From contig JAFVYL010000015.1 in NCBI GenBank assembly GCA_017508665.1, forward strand, positions 4,421 to 68,420: a stretch of DNA of 64,000 nucleotides, given 5' to 3'. The notes beneath the pieces are model-generated. The model searched no databases. It saw nothing but the letters and a program-made list of their open reading frames with translations, and was not told the DNA's origin. Positions 7,911-16,938 of this stretch are shown piece after piece (the stretch's first letter is position 1; each line of letters opens with the position of its first letter). A program made the position numbers and the translations under genes. Origin of the DNA: Clostridia bacterium (GTDB taxonomy: Bacteria; Bacillota; Clostridia; Oscillospirales; CAG-272).

Positions 7911-9569
7911 ATGATGTCTTTTGATGATAGAAACGAAGAAAAAGACGGCTTTTGGGATATTGAAAAGCTTATACCAAAGAAGAAAAATGCTTTGCTTTCC
8001 CCCTTTGCCACAAAGCCTGCAGTCAAGGACTATTCCGTCGACTTACCCGAGAGGGAAAGGCTTACGTCCGAGGATGCCTCGCTCAGAGCCGAGGAGCAGA
8101 AGCTGAGCTTTGAGCATCGGCGTGATGCTGAGCTTGGCGAGGAGCACGTATATTACCCCGAAAACACGCTGATAAAAAGCATAACGGTAAGAAAGTACAA
8201 GGAAAGCTACGATTTCTACGACAGCTTTCGCCGTGCGGCACTTTTGTATTTTGACTGTCCGGGTGAGAAGTGCGACTTCGCGCAATTCTACTCCTATATG
8301 CCGCAGTATTCACAGCTTACCAAAGCGCAGAAAAGCTACTATCTCTATTGGCGTCACGAGCTGAGACAGGGGCGATTTATCCGCACCGATTACTCGTATC
8401 TTTATCTGCTTGTATATGAGATAATAAATCTGCCCGACAGGATAGAGCCCGAAAAGGGTGTAAAGCTTCTTTGCCGCCTCTGGCGCGAATACCGTAAGGC
8501 ATTACCGAGAATAGATATGTACTTCTCAATGTGGGTGAGAGATTACTGTCTTGTACACGAGCTTGACGCGCCTGTTTCCGAGCTTCAGGATTTCATTTTT
8601 GACGTTATCCGATCATCCGACCTCAAGGAGTACTATTTTACAAGCATAGGAGAGCCCGGGCGCGAGGGTGTATGGTCATTGATAGCCTATCTCTCCGACT
8701 ACGATTGGCACAAGGGCTTTTCCACGATCGTAGGCAAGGAGAACTCCGAGGATTACACCAAGAGGGCTGATATATATAAGACCTTGCTCGAGGGATCGAT
8801 GCGAGTTATTCTCCCGTCTGTATGGCAGGAATGTATGCGTGAGAAGGAGGCAGGTAAGCTGTCTAAAATCTCCCGACAGGCATTTCCGAATACTCTTTGT
8901 ACACGTATGGTGAAGTCGAGGCTGGAGATAGAGTATTATCCTTTGGCGGATGCATCCGAGCTTCGAGCAGGTATTACAGCGGCCGTAAGATATACCGAGA
9001 ATAAGCTCAGAGCACTTTTTGGTGCAAAGAGCCGCCTCGCAATAAAATATATTCCAAAGGAATATAAAGAGCTGATTGATTGCTATTTTGACGAGCTTAT
9101 ACGCAAGAGCGAAGCACGTGTTAAGAAGCAGAATCTTCCCGAATATGAGAAGCTCTACGACGCCCCTAGAGAGAAGCTATCCTTCGCAGGAGCTGATGAG
9201 ATCGAGAGACTTTCCTGGGATACTACTATGCGTCTTTGCGAGACGGACGAGTATTCTGACGGTGTGGATTCCGTTATCGAATCGGAGACCGCAGCCGACG
9301 TTATACCTACGTCCGATGAAGTCTCCGCTTCGCAAAACAGTAAGAGTGATACCTACGGGCTCTCCGAGTCCGATATAAGATACCTTCGCGCGCTTTCCGA
9401 GTCCTCGGTGCGCGTTGGTCACAGTATAGATGAGGATGCGGCGGTCGAGCGTATCAACGAGGCGTTCAGCGACGGCTTCGGTGACGTTATAATTGAGGAT
9501 ACGGGAGACGGCTTTGCTATAATTGAGGACTATAAAGAGGAGATTTTGGAATGGCTGAAGAATTTATAG
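7911..9569 (+). CDS. sngA: TerB-N / TerB-C domain protein (Shango SngA-like)
   Basis: FAQFYSYMPQYSQLTKAQKSYYLYWRHELRQGRFIRTDYSYLYLLVYEIINL is a TerB-N-type block. The acidic C-terminus (INEAFSDGFGDVIIEDTGDGFAIIEDYKEEILEWL) is TerB-C-type. ATG at 7911 follows AAGGAGAGGG. Confidence 0.7.
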   Translation: MMSFDDRNEEKDGFWDIEKLIPKKKNALLSPFATKPAVKDYSVDLPERERLTSEDASLRAEEQKLSFEHRRDAELGEEHVYYPENTLIKSITVRKYKESYDFYDSFRRAALLYFDCPGEKCDFAQFYSYMPQYSQLTKAQKSYYLYWRHELRQGRFIRTDYSYLYLLVYEIINLPDRIEPEKGVKLLCRLWREYRKALPRIDMYFSMWVRDYCLVHELDAPVSELQDFIFDVIRSSDLKEYYFTSIGEPGREGVWSLIAYLSDYDWHKGFSTIVGKENSEDYTKRADIYKTLLEGSMRVILPSVWQECMREKEAGKLSKISRQAFPNTLCTRMVKSRLEIEYYPLADASELRAGITAAVRYTENKLRALFGAKSRLAIKYIPKEYKELIDCYFDELIRKSEARVKKQNLPEYEKLYDAPREKLSFAGADEIERLSWDTTMRLCETDEYSDGVDSVIESETAADVIPTSDEVSASQNSKSDTYGLSESDIRYLRALSESSVRVGHSIDEDAAVERINEAFSDGFGDVIIEDTGDGFAIIEDYKEEILEWLKNL

Positions 9570-10921
9570 AACCTAAAGTCCCGAAGAGAATATTAAACAC
9601 ACTCCTGTCGTCTTTGACTGCGGGCGTTGTTCCGCGAGTGGGCGCGCCGTATATAGCCATAGGCAGACGGGAGGAGATAGCATCGCTTCTTGACAACCTC
9701 GATGACGTGAGCGAGGGCGGTGCATTTTGCAGATTTTTGATAGGCAGATACGGTAGCGGTAAAAGCTTCCTTATACAGCTTATACGTGGATATGCGCTTG
9801 AGCGCGGATTTATCTGTGCCGATGCGGATCTTTCCCCCGAGCGCAGACTTTCGGGCGGTAACGGTGCGGGACTTGCCACCTATCGCGAGCTTATGACTAA
9901 TATTGCGAGCAAGGCATGTCCCGACGGCGGTGCGCTTGCTACCGTTCTTTCACGTCACTTTACCAAGCTCCGCACAGAGCTTATCGCAGAGGGGATAGAT
10001 CCCGAGAGCGAAGAGTTTGTAAAGGGCATCAGAAAAAAGGTTTTTGCGACTCTCTCCGAGCTTGAGGGAGATGTCGGCGGATTCGATTTTGCGCGTGTAC
10101 TTACAGAGTACTACAACGCCTCTCTCACTGATGACAATGACAAGAAGAGTAACTGCCTTCGCTGGCTCAGAGGTGAGTTTTCCACCAAGACCGAGGCAAA
10201 GTCCGCTCTCGGCTTTACCGTCAGCACTGTTATAGACGATGACAACTGGTACAACTTTATCAAGCTGTTTTCCTCCTTGTCGGTATATCTCGGCTATTCG
10301 GGACTTGTACTATTTATCGACGAGTGTGTAAACCTTTACAAAATACCAAACAGAATATCCCGAGAGGCAAACTACGAGAAGCTTCTCGCTATATTCAACG
10401 ATACACTTCAGGGCAAGGCGAAAAATCTCGGCATAATCTTCGGAGGTACGCCACAGTTCCTCGAGGATACACGCAGAGGTCTGTTCAGCTACGATGCTTT
10501 GAGAAGCCGTCTGCAGGACTCAAAGTATTCCGATATGGGCTACAAGAATCTCTCCTCGCCCGTAATCAGATTGCCGCGACTATCGGACAACGAGCTTTTG
10601 GCTCTTGTGAAAAGACTTACCAAGCTTTATCAGCAGAGAGAGGGCGCACCTGTCCCTCCTGCGACAGATGATGAGATCGAGCGTTTTCTTGCTAACGCGC
10701 TCGCAAAGGCAGGTGCTGAGGAGCTTATCACACCCCGTGAGATAATCAGAGATTACCTGACCTTGCTCAATATTTTAAGAGATAATCCGAGTGCAAAATT
10801 TGATGAGCTGATTGATAAGGTGACGGCACAGAACGTGAACACCCCCTTAGCCGACACAGCCTCGGTCAAAGCATCTACAAGTAGCACTAAAAAGGTAACA
10901 ATCTTCGATATTGATATTTAA
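9551..10921 (+). CDS. sngB: DUF2791/BrxD-like P-loop ATPase (Shango SngB-like)
   Basis: N-terminus LTAGVVPRVGAPYIAIGRREE, Walker A GRYGSGKS, Walker B LVLFIDEC. Overlaps the upstream gene by 19 nt. Confidence 0.7.
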   Translation: MAEEFIEPKVPKRILNTLLSSLTAGVVPRVGAPYIAIGRREEIASLLDNLDDVSEGGAFCRFLIGRYGSGKSFLIQLIRGYALERGFICADADLSPERRLSGGNGAGLATYRELMTNIASKACPDGGALATVLSRHFTKLRTELIAEGIDPESEEFVKGIRKKVFATLSELEGDVGGFDFARVLTEYYNASLTDDNDKKSNCLRWLRGEFSTKTEAKSALGFTVSTVIDDDNWYNFIKLFSSLSVYLGYSGLVLFIDECVNLYKIPNRISREANYEKLLAIFNDTLQGKAKNLGIIFGGTPQFLEDTRRGLFSYDALRSRLQDSKYSDMGYKNLSSPVIRLPRLSDNELLALVKRLTKLYQQREGAPVPPATDDEIERFLANALAKAGAEELITPREIIRDYLTLLNILRDNPSAKFDELIDKVTAQNVNTPLADTASVKASTSSTKKVTIFDIDI

Positions 10922-10935
10922 TATAGGGCAGAACA

Positions 10936-13170
10936 ATGACAGAAGCGGATAAAATATTTTCAAAATTCCCGGATTTTATCAAGGAATTTATATACAGAAA
11001 CAACTGGACACATCTTCGAGGCATACAGATAGATGCCGCAGACGTTATATTTAATACCGATTCTAATCTTCTTCTTTCCTCGTCCACCGCATCGGGTAAG
11101 ACCGAGGCGGCATTCTTCCCGATAATAACCGATATACTTAGCCACCCCGAGTGCGAGAGCAGTATATCCGTCCTTTATATAGCGCCTCTGAAATCCTTGA
11201 TCAACGATCAGTTTTCGAGACTTGACGAGTTGCTTGATATGACGGGTATCACAGTTACACATTGGCACGGTGACGTCGGTGCATCGCATAAGACAAAGCT
11301 TTTGAAGAATCCCGAGGGCATACTTCAGATCACCCCCGAGTCACTTGAGTCGATGCTTATGAATCGCCCGAATGATATACCGCGACTTTTCGGACAGCTT
11401 CGATTCGTTGTCATAGATGAGATACATTCGCTTATCGGTACGGACAGAGGAAATCAGGTTATATGCCATCTTTCGAGAATCGCGCGTCTTATCGGCCACA
11501 CTCCGCGCAGAGTCGGACTCAGCGCCACGATAGGAGATCTCGGACTTGCTGCCGAATGGCTCGGTGCGGGAAGCGATAGGGAAACTGTTGCCCCCATTCC
11601 CGAAAAAACTCCGCTCAAGTGGAGACTCGGGCTCGAGCATTTCTATATACAGAATCCCCACGAGGAGCAGTCGAGATCGACCGAGCGCGCATCAGCACCC
11701 GACGAGGATAAAGGCGGCAGAGCGCTGCTTGATCCCGGATATGAGTTCCTATATGATGCTCTCGAAGGTAAAAAAGCTCTCGTTTTCTCAAACTCCAGAG
11801 AGGAGACCGAGTACGTCACCGCTACTCTCAGACAGATCTGCAAGGCAAGAGGTGACAAGGACGTATTTCTTATCCACCACGGCAACCTTTCCGCATCTTT
11901 GCGCGAGGATGCCGAGCGCACTATGAAGGATGAATCGGTTTTACGTGCCGTAACCTGCGCGACCGTCACTCTTGAGCTCGGTATAGATATCGGAAGGCTC
12001 GACAGAGTGGCCCAGATGGGCTCTCCCACGACGGTCTCAGCATTCCTTCAGAGACTCGGTCGTTCCGGAAGAAGAGGCTCGCCTCCGGAGATGATAATGG
12101 TATACAGAGAGGAAACGCCTCTTCCGAATGCGCCTCTTCACGAGCTTATTCCGTGGGAGCTGCTTCGCGGCATAGGAATTATAGATCTCTATTCATCAGA
12201 GCGCTTTATTGAGCCTCCGAGAGTAAAGAAAATGCCTTTGAGTCTTGCGTTCCATCAGACGCTCAGTACCGTATTCTCCTCGGGAGAGCTTACTCCGAGA
12301 GCTCTTGCGGAGCGAGTGCTCACATTACCTCCGCTTACGCCTCTCGGCAAGGAGACCTACAGAGCGCTCCTCGTTTCTATGATTAACGACGAGTTTCTTG
12401 AGATCACCGAGACCGGCGGTATTATAGTGGGATTAAAGGGCGAGAGACTCTTGAACTCATTTAAATTCTACGCCGTCTTTAAGGACAGCGAGGATTATAC
12501 CGTCAGATGCGACGGAGAAGAAATAGGTACTATTACGACACCGCCGCCCGTAGGCGATAGATTTGCTCTTGCAGGCAGAGTATGGGAAGTTAAAGAAGTG
12601 GATCTTCCGTCAAGACTCATATTCGTAAAGGCTGTAGAGGGCAAGATGGAGATCTCCTGGCCGGGTGACAGCGGTGAAATACACACAAAGCTGCTTTTGG
12701 CTATGCGCGACGTACTTTTCAACGGCAAGGAATATCCCTTCCTCGGAGATAACGCGAGAGAACGCCTTGAAAAAGCGCGCAGAGTGGCTAAAAACGCGCG
12801 TATGGATGAGAATATGCTTGTATTTCTCGGCGGACAGAGCTACGTGTTGTTCCCGTGGCTTGGTACAAGATCATTCCGTACTATGAAAAGATTTTTGCAG
12901 AAATATTCGTCTGAGCTCGGAATATCCGACATTCAGAGCGAGGGATGCTGTTATATCACCTTTAAGGCAAAGCCGGATGTGGGAAAGAACCTGATGTTTG
13001 GAATACGCGCTATACTTGAGCGTGACGGACTCGATACATTCTCGCTTGTAAACGGCGGAGAATGTCCCGTGTTTGATAAGTTTGACGAGTACATTCCTCC
13101 CGAGCTTCTCCGCGATGCTTATGCCATAGACAGACTTCGCGCAGATGAAATTTTTGAGCGATTTGAATGA
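10936..13170 (+). CDS. sngC: SF2 DEAD/DEAH-box (Lhr-like) helicase (Shango SngC-like)
   Basis: Motif I TASGKTEAAF, motif II VIDEIH, motif III SAT, motif VI QRLGRSGRRG, plus HHGNLS. There is a long C-terminal extension. Confidence 0.75.
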   Translation: MTEADKIFSKFPDFIKEFIYRNNWTHLRGIQIDAADVIFNTDSNLLLSSSTASGKTEAAFFPIITDILSHPECESSISVLYIAPLKSLINDQFSRLDELLDMTGITVTHWHGDVGASHKTKLLKNPEGILQITPESLESMLMNRPNDIPRLFGQLRFVVIDEIHSLIGTDRGNQVICHLSRIARLIGHTPRRVGLSATIGDLGLAAEWLGAGSDRETVAPIPEKTPLKWRLGLEHFYIQNPHEEQSRSTERASAPDEDKGGRALLDPGYEFLYDALEGKKALVFSNSREETEYVTATLRQICKARGDKDVFLIHHGNLSASLREDAERTMKDESVLRAVTCATVTLELGIDIGRLDRVAQMGSPTTVSAFLQRLGRSGRRGSPPEMIMVYREETPLPNAPLHELIPWELLRGIGIIDLYSSERFIEPPRVKKMPLSLAFHQTLSTVFSSGELTPRALAERVLTLPPLTPLGKETYRALLVSMINDEFLEITETGGIIVGLKGERLLNSFKFYAVFKDSEDYTVRCDGEEIGTITTPPPVGDRFALAGRVWEVKEVDLPSRLIFVKAVEGKMEISWPGDSGEIHTKLLLAMRDVLFNGKEYPFLGDNARERLEKARRVAKNARMDENMLVFLGGQSYVLFPWLGTRSFRTMKRFLQKYSSELGISDIQSEGCCYITFKAKPDVGKNLMFGIRAILERDGLDTFSLVNGGECPVFDKFDEYIPPELLRDAYAIDRLRADEIFERFE

Positions 13171-13181
13171 AAGGAGCAGAG

Positions 13182-13943
13182 ATGATCTACGATCTTATTG
13201 CACCAATATACGATAAAGTGAACGGTGACGTTGACTATTCGGCGTGGGCGGACTTTATCGAGGAAGTTATAAAGAGAGAATATCAAAACGGCAAGCCCGA
13301 GCTTGTACTCGATCTCGGATGCGGCACGGGTAGAATGACCTTGGAGCTTGCAAAACGCGGTTATGATATGACCGGAGTGGATTACTCTGTGGAAATGCTC
13401 GATATCGCAAGAGAAAATGCCGAGCAGGCAGGACTTTCCGATAGAATGCTCTGGCTCTGTCAGGATATCACCGAGTTTGAGCTCTACGGCACGGTCGACG
13501 TTACCGTATCATGTCTTGATACCTTGAATCACCTTACTGAGCCCTCGGAGCTTTCTCGCTGTCTTTCTCTTGTCCACAACTACCTTGTCCCCGACGGACT
13601 GTTTATATTTGATGTAAACGGTAAATACAAGTTCGAGAAGCTGTACGGCAACGAGTCTTACGTCATCGAGGATGAGGGTAGCTTCTGCGTGTGGCAGAAC
13701 TATTACAACGAGAAAAGCCGTCTTTGTGACTTCTATATAACTCTTTTTGAAGAAACAAATGACGGACTTTATGAGAGATACGATGAGGAGCAGAGAGAAC
13801 GTATGTACACACTTCGCTCGTTGAAGAAGCTTCTCAAGGACAACGGATTTGAATTTATCGGCGCATATTCCAATTTTAATTTCGGTGAGGGTAGTGATGA
13901 TAACGAGAGAATCTACCTTGCCGCAAGATGTATAAAGAACTAA
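13182..13943 (+). CDS. class I SAM-dependent methyltransferase (small-molecule type)
   Basis: Motif I VLDLGCGTGRMT. No DPPY/NPPY-type or cytosine-C5 motifs. ATG at 13182 follows AAGGAG at 13171-13176. Confidence 0.8.
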   Translation: MIYDLIAPIYDKVNGDVDYSAWADFIEEVIKREYQNGKPELVLDLGCGTGRMTLELAKRGYDMTGVDYSVEMLDIARENAEQAGLSDRMLWLCQDITEFELYGTVDVTVSCLDTLNHLTEPSELSRCLSLVHNYLVPDGLFIFDVNGKYKFEKLYGNESYVIEDEGSFCVWQNYYNEKSRLCDFYITLFEETNDGLYERYDEEQRERMYTLRSLKKLLKDNGFEFIGAYSNFNFGEGSDDNERIYLAARCIKN

Positions 13944-13958
13944 ATTACGGAGATTGAT

Positions 13959-14843
13959 ATGAATACGAAATCAACTATTCTAAGAGGTATGACTCGCGAC
14001 GGCTCTGCGAGACTTGTAGTCATTAACTCGCGTGACATGGTCAACGGAATGAGAGAGGCGCATAAGACCTCTCCTACAGCAACCGCCGCGCTTGGCAGAA
14101 CTATTACCGCCGCTTCTATGATAGGTACGCTTCTTCCCGCTGACGGTGATACGGTTACCATTAGCTTTTCCGGAGACGGCGAGGCAGGCAAAATAATAGC
14201 TGTAGGAGATTATTTCGGTAACGTAAAGGGATATATTCAGAACCCCTTGGCAAATCCTCCGAAAAGACCTGACGGAAAGCTTGACGTTGGCGCTGCCATC
14301 GGTCGCGGTACGCTCTCGTTTGTCAAGGCTATAGGTGATAGCGAGCCTCAGACGGGAATGATTGAGCTGGTCAGCGGAGAGGTTGCTGAAGACATCGCGA
14401 CCTACTTTGCCATGAGTGAGCAGGTACCCACTCTCCTGTCCCTCGGAGTTCTTGTGGACAAGGATTATTCTTGTCTTGCGGCAGGCGGAGTCCTCATTCA
14501 GCTTCTGCCTTTCCCGGACGATTCGACAGTCGATCTTATCGAGAGAAACGCCGCATCACTCGGCAATATTTCCAAGTATTTCGAGATGGGACTTACTAAT
14601 GAGCAGATACTCGATATAGCTATGAAGGATATACCGTACGACCTCTTTGATAAGCTCGAGGTAGAGTATAAGTGCGACTGCTCTCACGATAGAATGAAGA
14701 AGAAAATTTTGAGTCTCGGAAAGTCTGAGGTAAAGACGCTTCTCGACGAGCAGGAGGCGGAGGGAAAACCTCGTGAGCTTACTGCTATATGTCGCTTCTG
14801 CAATAGCGAATACACCTACACAGAAAAGGAATTGATCGGTTAA
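13959..14843 (+). CDS. hslO: redox-regulated chaperone Hsp33
   Basis: 294 aa. The C-terminal zinc centre CDCSHDR ... CRFCNSEY is the typical Hsp33 CxC...CxxC. Confidence 0.9.
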   Translation: MNTKSTILRGMTRDGSARLVVINSRDMVNGMREAHKTSPTATAALGRTITAASMIGTLLPADGDTVTISFSGDGEAGKIIAVGDYFGNVKGYIQNPLANPPKRPDGKLDVGAAIGRGTLSFVKAIGDSEPQTGMIELVSGEVAEDIATYFAMSEQVPTLLSLGVLVDKDYSCLAAGGVLIQLLPFPDDSTVDLIERNAASLGNISKYFEMGLTNEQILDIAMKDIPYDLFDKLEVEYKCDCSHDRMKKKILSLGKSEVKTLLDEQEAEGKPRELTAICRFCNSEYTYTEKELIG

Positions 14844-14900
14844 TCTGCCGAGAAATAAATCGGAATATTTTAAAAACATACTGAATATAATCTTGTAAGA

Positions 14901-15449
14901 TTGTATGCAGGCGGTGGAATTTTGAACAGATTTTTATCCGAGGAAAATATAGCCTTACATCTTGAATACGTTAGAGATAAAAGGCTGAAATACTCCATTA
15001 TCGAGAGCTCCTTTCCAATGCTTTCAGGCAAGAGCGTACATGATGTTTTTCGTATGAAACTCAATCCTCGCGACAAGCTTGATGCGGTGAATCTGCTCTC
15101 TGAGATAAAGCTGCACGATATCTTCTTTTCTTCATTCGCAAAGACGCAGTATCCACGCTGCAGGGAGATTGAAGAAAAGTATGGTAGTGAGGCCGAATTT
15201 CTTAATTCGCTTTACAGGCTCGCCTCCTCACGTGCGCACGGATTCGCGTTAGTTTATCTTCACGGCACTCGGATAGAGATTGATGCTACGTCGGATTATC
15301 CCTCGGCGTTTCGCATCGGCCAGCCGGTCCTCGCGATAGATATTTGCGAGCACTCATACTTTATGGATTACGGATTTGATAAGGAACGGTATCTCATATC
15401 GATGCTTCCTTATCTCGATATTACAAAGCTTTCCGCCAACTCTGAGTAG
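14901..15449 (+). CDS. Fe/Mn superoxide dismutase-like protein (divergent)
   Basis: LAIDICEHSYFMDYGFDKERY aligns with the DVWEHAYYLDYQN block of Fe/Mn SODs. LHDIFFSSF aligns with the HSLFW block. Start codon uncertain. Confidence 0.5.
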   Translation: MYAGGGILNRFLSEENIALHLEYVRDKRLKYSIIESSFPMLSGKSVHDVFRMKLNPRDKLDAVNLLSEIKLHDIFFSSFAKTQYPRCREIEEKYGSEAEFLNSLYRLASSRAHGFALVYLHGTRIEIDATSDYPSAFRIGQPVLAIDICEHSYFMDYGFDKERYLISMLPYLDITKLSANSE

Positions 15450-15481
15450 AGCGGAAAACAACACAAACGGAGGTATAAAAA

Positions 15482-16714
15482 ATGCTCTTGCACGGAAATG
15501 CAGTGGTTGGTCAGTCGGGAGGTCCGACTGCGGCTATCAACGCGACGCTCTCAGGAGTTATAAGAGGCGCGCTCGATGCCAAGCAAAAGGGAATAATAGG
15601 AACTCTTTACGGTATGCGAAACGGTATTGAGGGATTTCTTAGCGAGGATCTTGTCGATCTTTTCAAGACCTTTGAGGACGTCTCCGATCTCGGTACTCTT
15701 GAGGCTACACCTGCGGCAGCGCTCGGCTCTTGCAGAAGAAAGCTCAAGTCACACGAGGATGATGCTCCTACATATGACAGAATACTCGAGATCCTCAAAA
15801 AGTATAATATCAGATACTTCTTCTATATCGGCGGCAACGATTCTATGGATACCGTTCTCAAGCTTTCGAGATATGCGGCATCTCACGATTATGAGCTTCG
15901 TGTAGTAGGTGTTCCTAAGACTATAGACAACGATCTTATGGCTACCGATCATACGCCCGGATTTGGCAGTGCCGCAAAGTTTGTGGCTACTACCGTCGCA
16001 GAGATCGTACGTGATATAAACGTATATACTATGGATGCTGTGACTATCGTTGAGATCATGGGCAGAGATGCGGGATGGCTTACCGCTTCTGCGGCACTCG
16101 CATCGCTTAACGGCGAGGGCCCCGACCTTGTATATCTTCCCGAGCGTGTCTTCGACGAAGAGAGATTTATAAACGACGTTAAAGACCGACTTAAAGATCA
16201 TCCCGCCATTCTTGTTGCGGTATCCGAGGGAGTCAGATTTGCTGACGGTGAATACGTTGGCGCAGGCACACAGTCCGGTGCTGTGGACGTATTTGGACAC
16301 AAATATCTTGCAGGAACGGGAAAGGTGCTCGAGAGCATAGTGAAAAACCGTATAGGTTGTAAGGTGCGCTCGATAGAGCTGAGCCTTACTCAGCGCTGCG
16401 CATCTCATATGGCATCGCTTACCGATATAAACGAGTCTGTTACCGTAGGTAAAGGTGCGGTTGAAGCTGCAATCAGCGGCAAAACAGGTGTTATGATGAC
16501 TATTGAAAGAGCAGTAGGTGAGGACTACGTAACCACCGTTAGATGCGCAGATATTGCAGGCATCGCCAATGCAATCAAGACAGTTCCCGATGAGTATATC
16601 AACGAAGACGGAAACGGTATTACCGAGGCGGGTATCGAATACTTAAAGCCTCTCATCATGGGCGAGCTTTCTCTCGAATATGTGAACGGACTCCCCAAAC
16701 ACTTTGTGATTTGA
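15482..16714 (+). CDS. pfp: 6-phosphofructokinase, predicted pyrophosphate-dependent
   Basis: GQSGGPTAAINA, IGGNDSMDT, VGVPKTIDNDL, MGRDAGWL. Asp and Lys occupy the two positions that are Gly in ATP-dependent PfkA. Confidence 0.85.
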   Translation: MLLHGNAVVGQSGGPTAAINATLSGVIRGALDAKQKGIIGTLYGMRNGIEGFLSEDLVDLFKTFEDVSDLGTLEATPAAALGSCRRKLKSHEDDAPTYDRILEILKKYNIRYFFYIGGNDSMDTVLKLSRYAASHDYELRVVGVPKTIDNDLMATDHTPGFGSAAKFVATTVAEIVRDINVYTMDAVTIVEIMGRDAGWLTASAALASLNGEGPDLVYLPERVFDEERFINDVKDRLKDHPAILVAVSEGVRFADGEYVGAGTQSGAVDVFGHKYLAGTGKVLESIVKNRIGCKVRSIELSLTQRCASHMASLTDINESVTVGKGAVEAAISGKTGVMMTIERAVGEDYVTTVRCADIAGIANAIKTVPDEYINEDGNGITEAGIEYLKPLIMGELSLEYVNGLPKHFVI

Positions 16715-16768
16715 TTTAATGCGTTATTAACCGCTTTTACAATCGAACTTAATATCAAAGCGTTTTCA

Positions 16769-16806
16769 CAACGGTCGGCAGATTTTTGCCGACCGTTGAA
16801 TTTTTG
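16769..16806 (+). terminator. intrinsic terminator after pfp
   Basis: caacggtcggca-gatttt-tgccgaccgttg followed by aatttttgg. Confidence 0.8.
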
Positions 16807-16865
16807 GCGGAAGTTAAGAAATGACAAAATCGCCGCAGATGAGGGAAACGCAGCGACTTGGATAC

Positions 16866-16894
16866 TTGACACTATTTTAACATTATGGTATAAT
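16866..16894 (+). promoter_or_regulatory. promoter (TTGACA-17-TGgTATAAT)
   Basis: TTGACA at 16866-16871, a 17-nt spacer, TG at 16886-16887, and TATAAT at 16889-16894. Confidence 0.6.
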
Positions 16895-16938
16895 GTCGGT
16901 GAAAAAAGCTGATAGCCTTACGAGTAGGAGATAAAAAA

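Noticed and set aside
13182-13943. Methyltransferase as a DNA-modification (R-M or BREX-like) partner of the defence operon
   Set aside because: It has no DPPY/NPPY or C5-cytosine catalytic motifs. Its size and motifs fit small-molecule class I methyltransferases. It is kept only as an open co-transcription question.
15749-16408. 219-aa ORF antisense to the phosphofructokinase gene. The same applies to similar antisense ORFs in the track (for example 24436-24984, 44999-45661, 47866-48450, 52269-52835)
   Set aside because: All are embedded opposite strongly recognised genes and lack RBSs and recognisable motifs.
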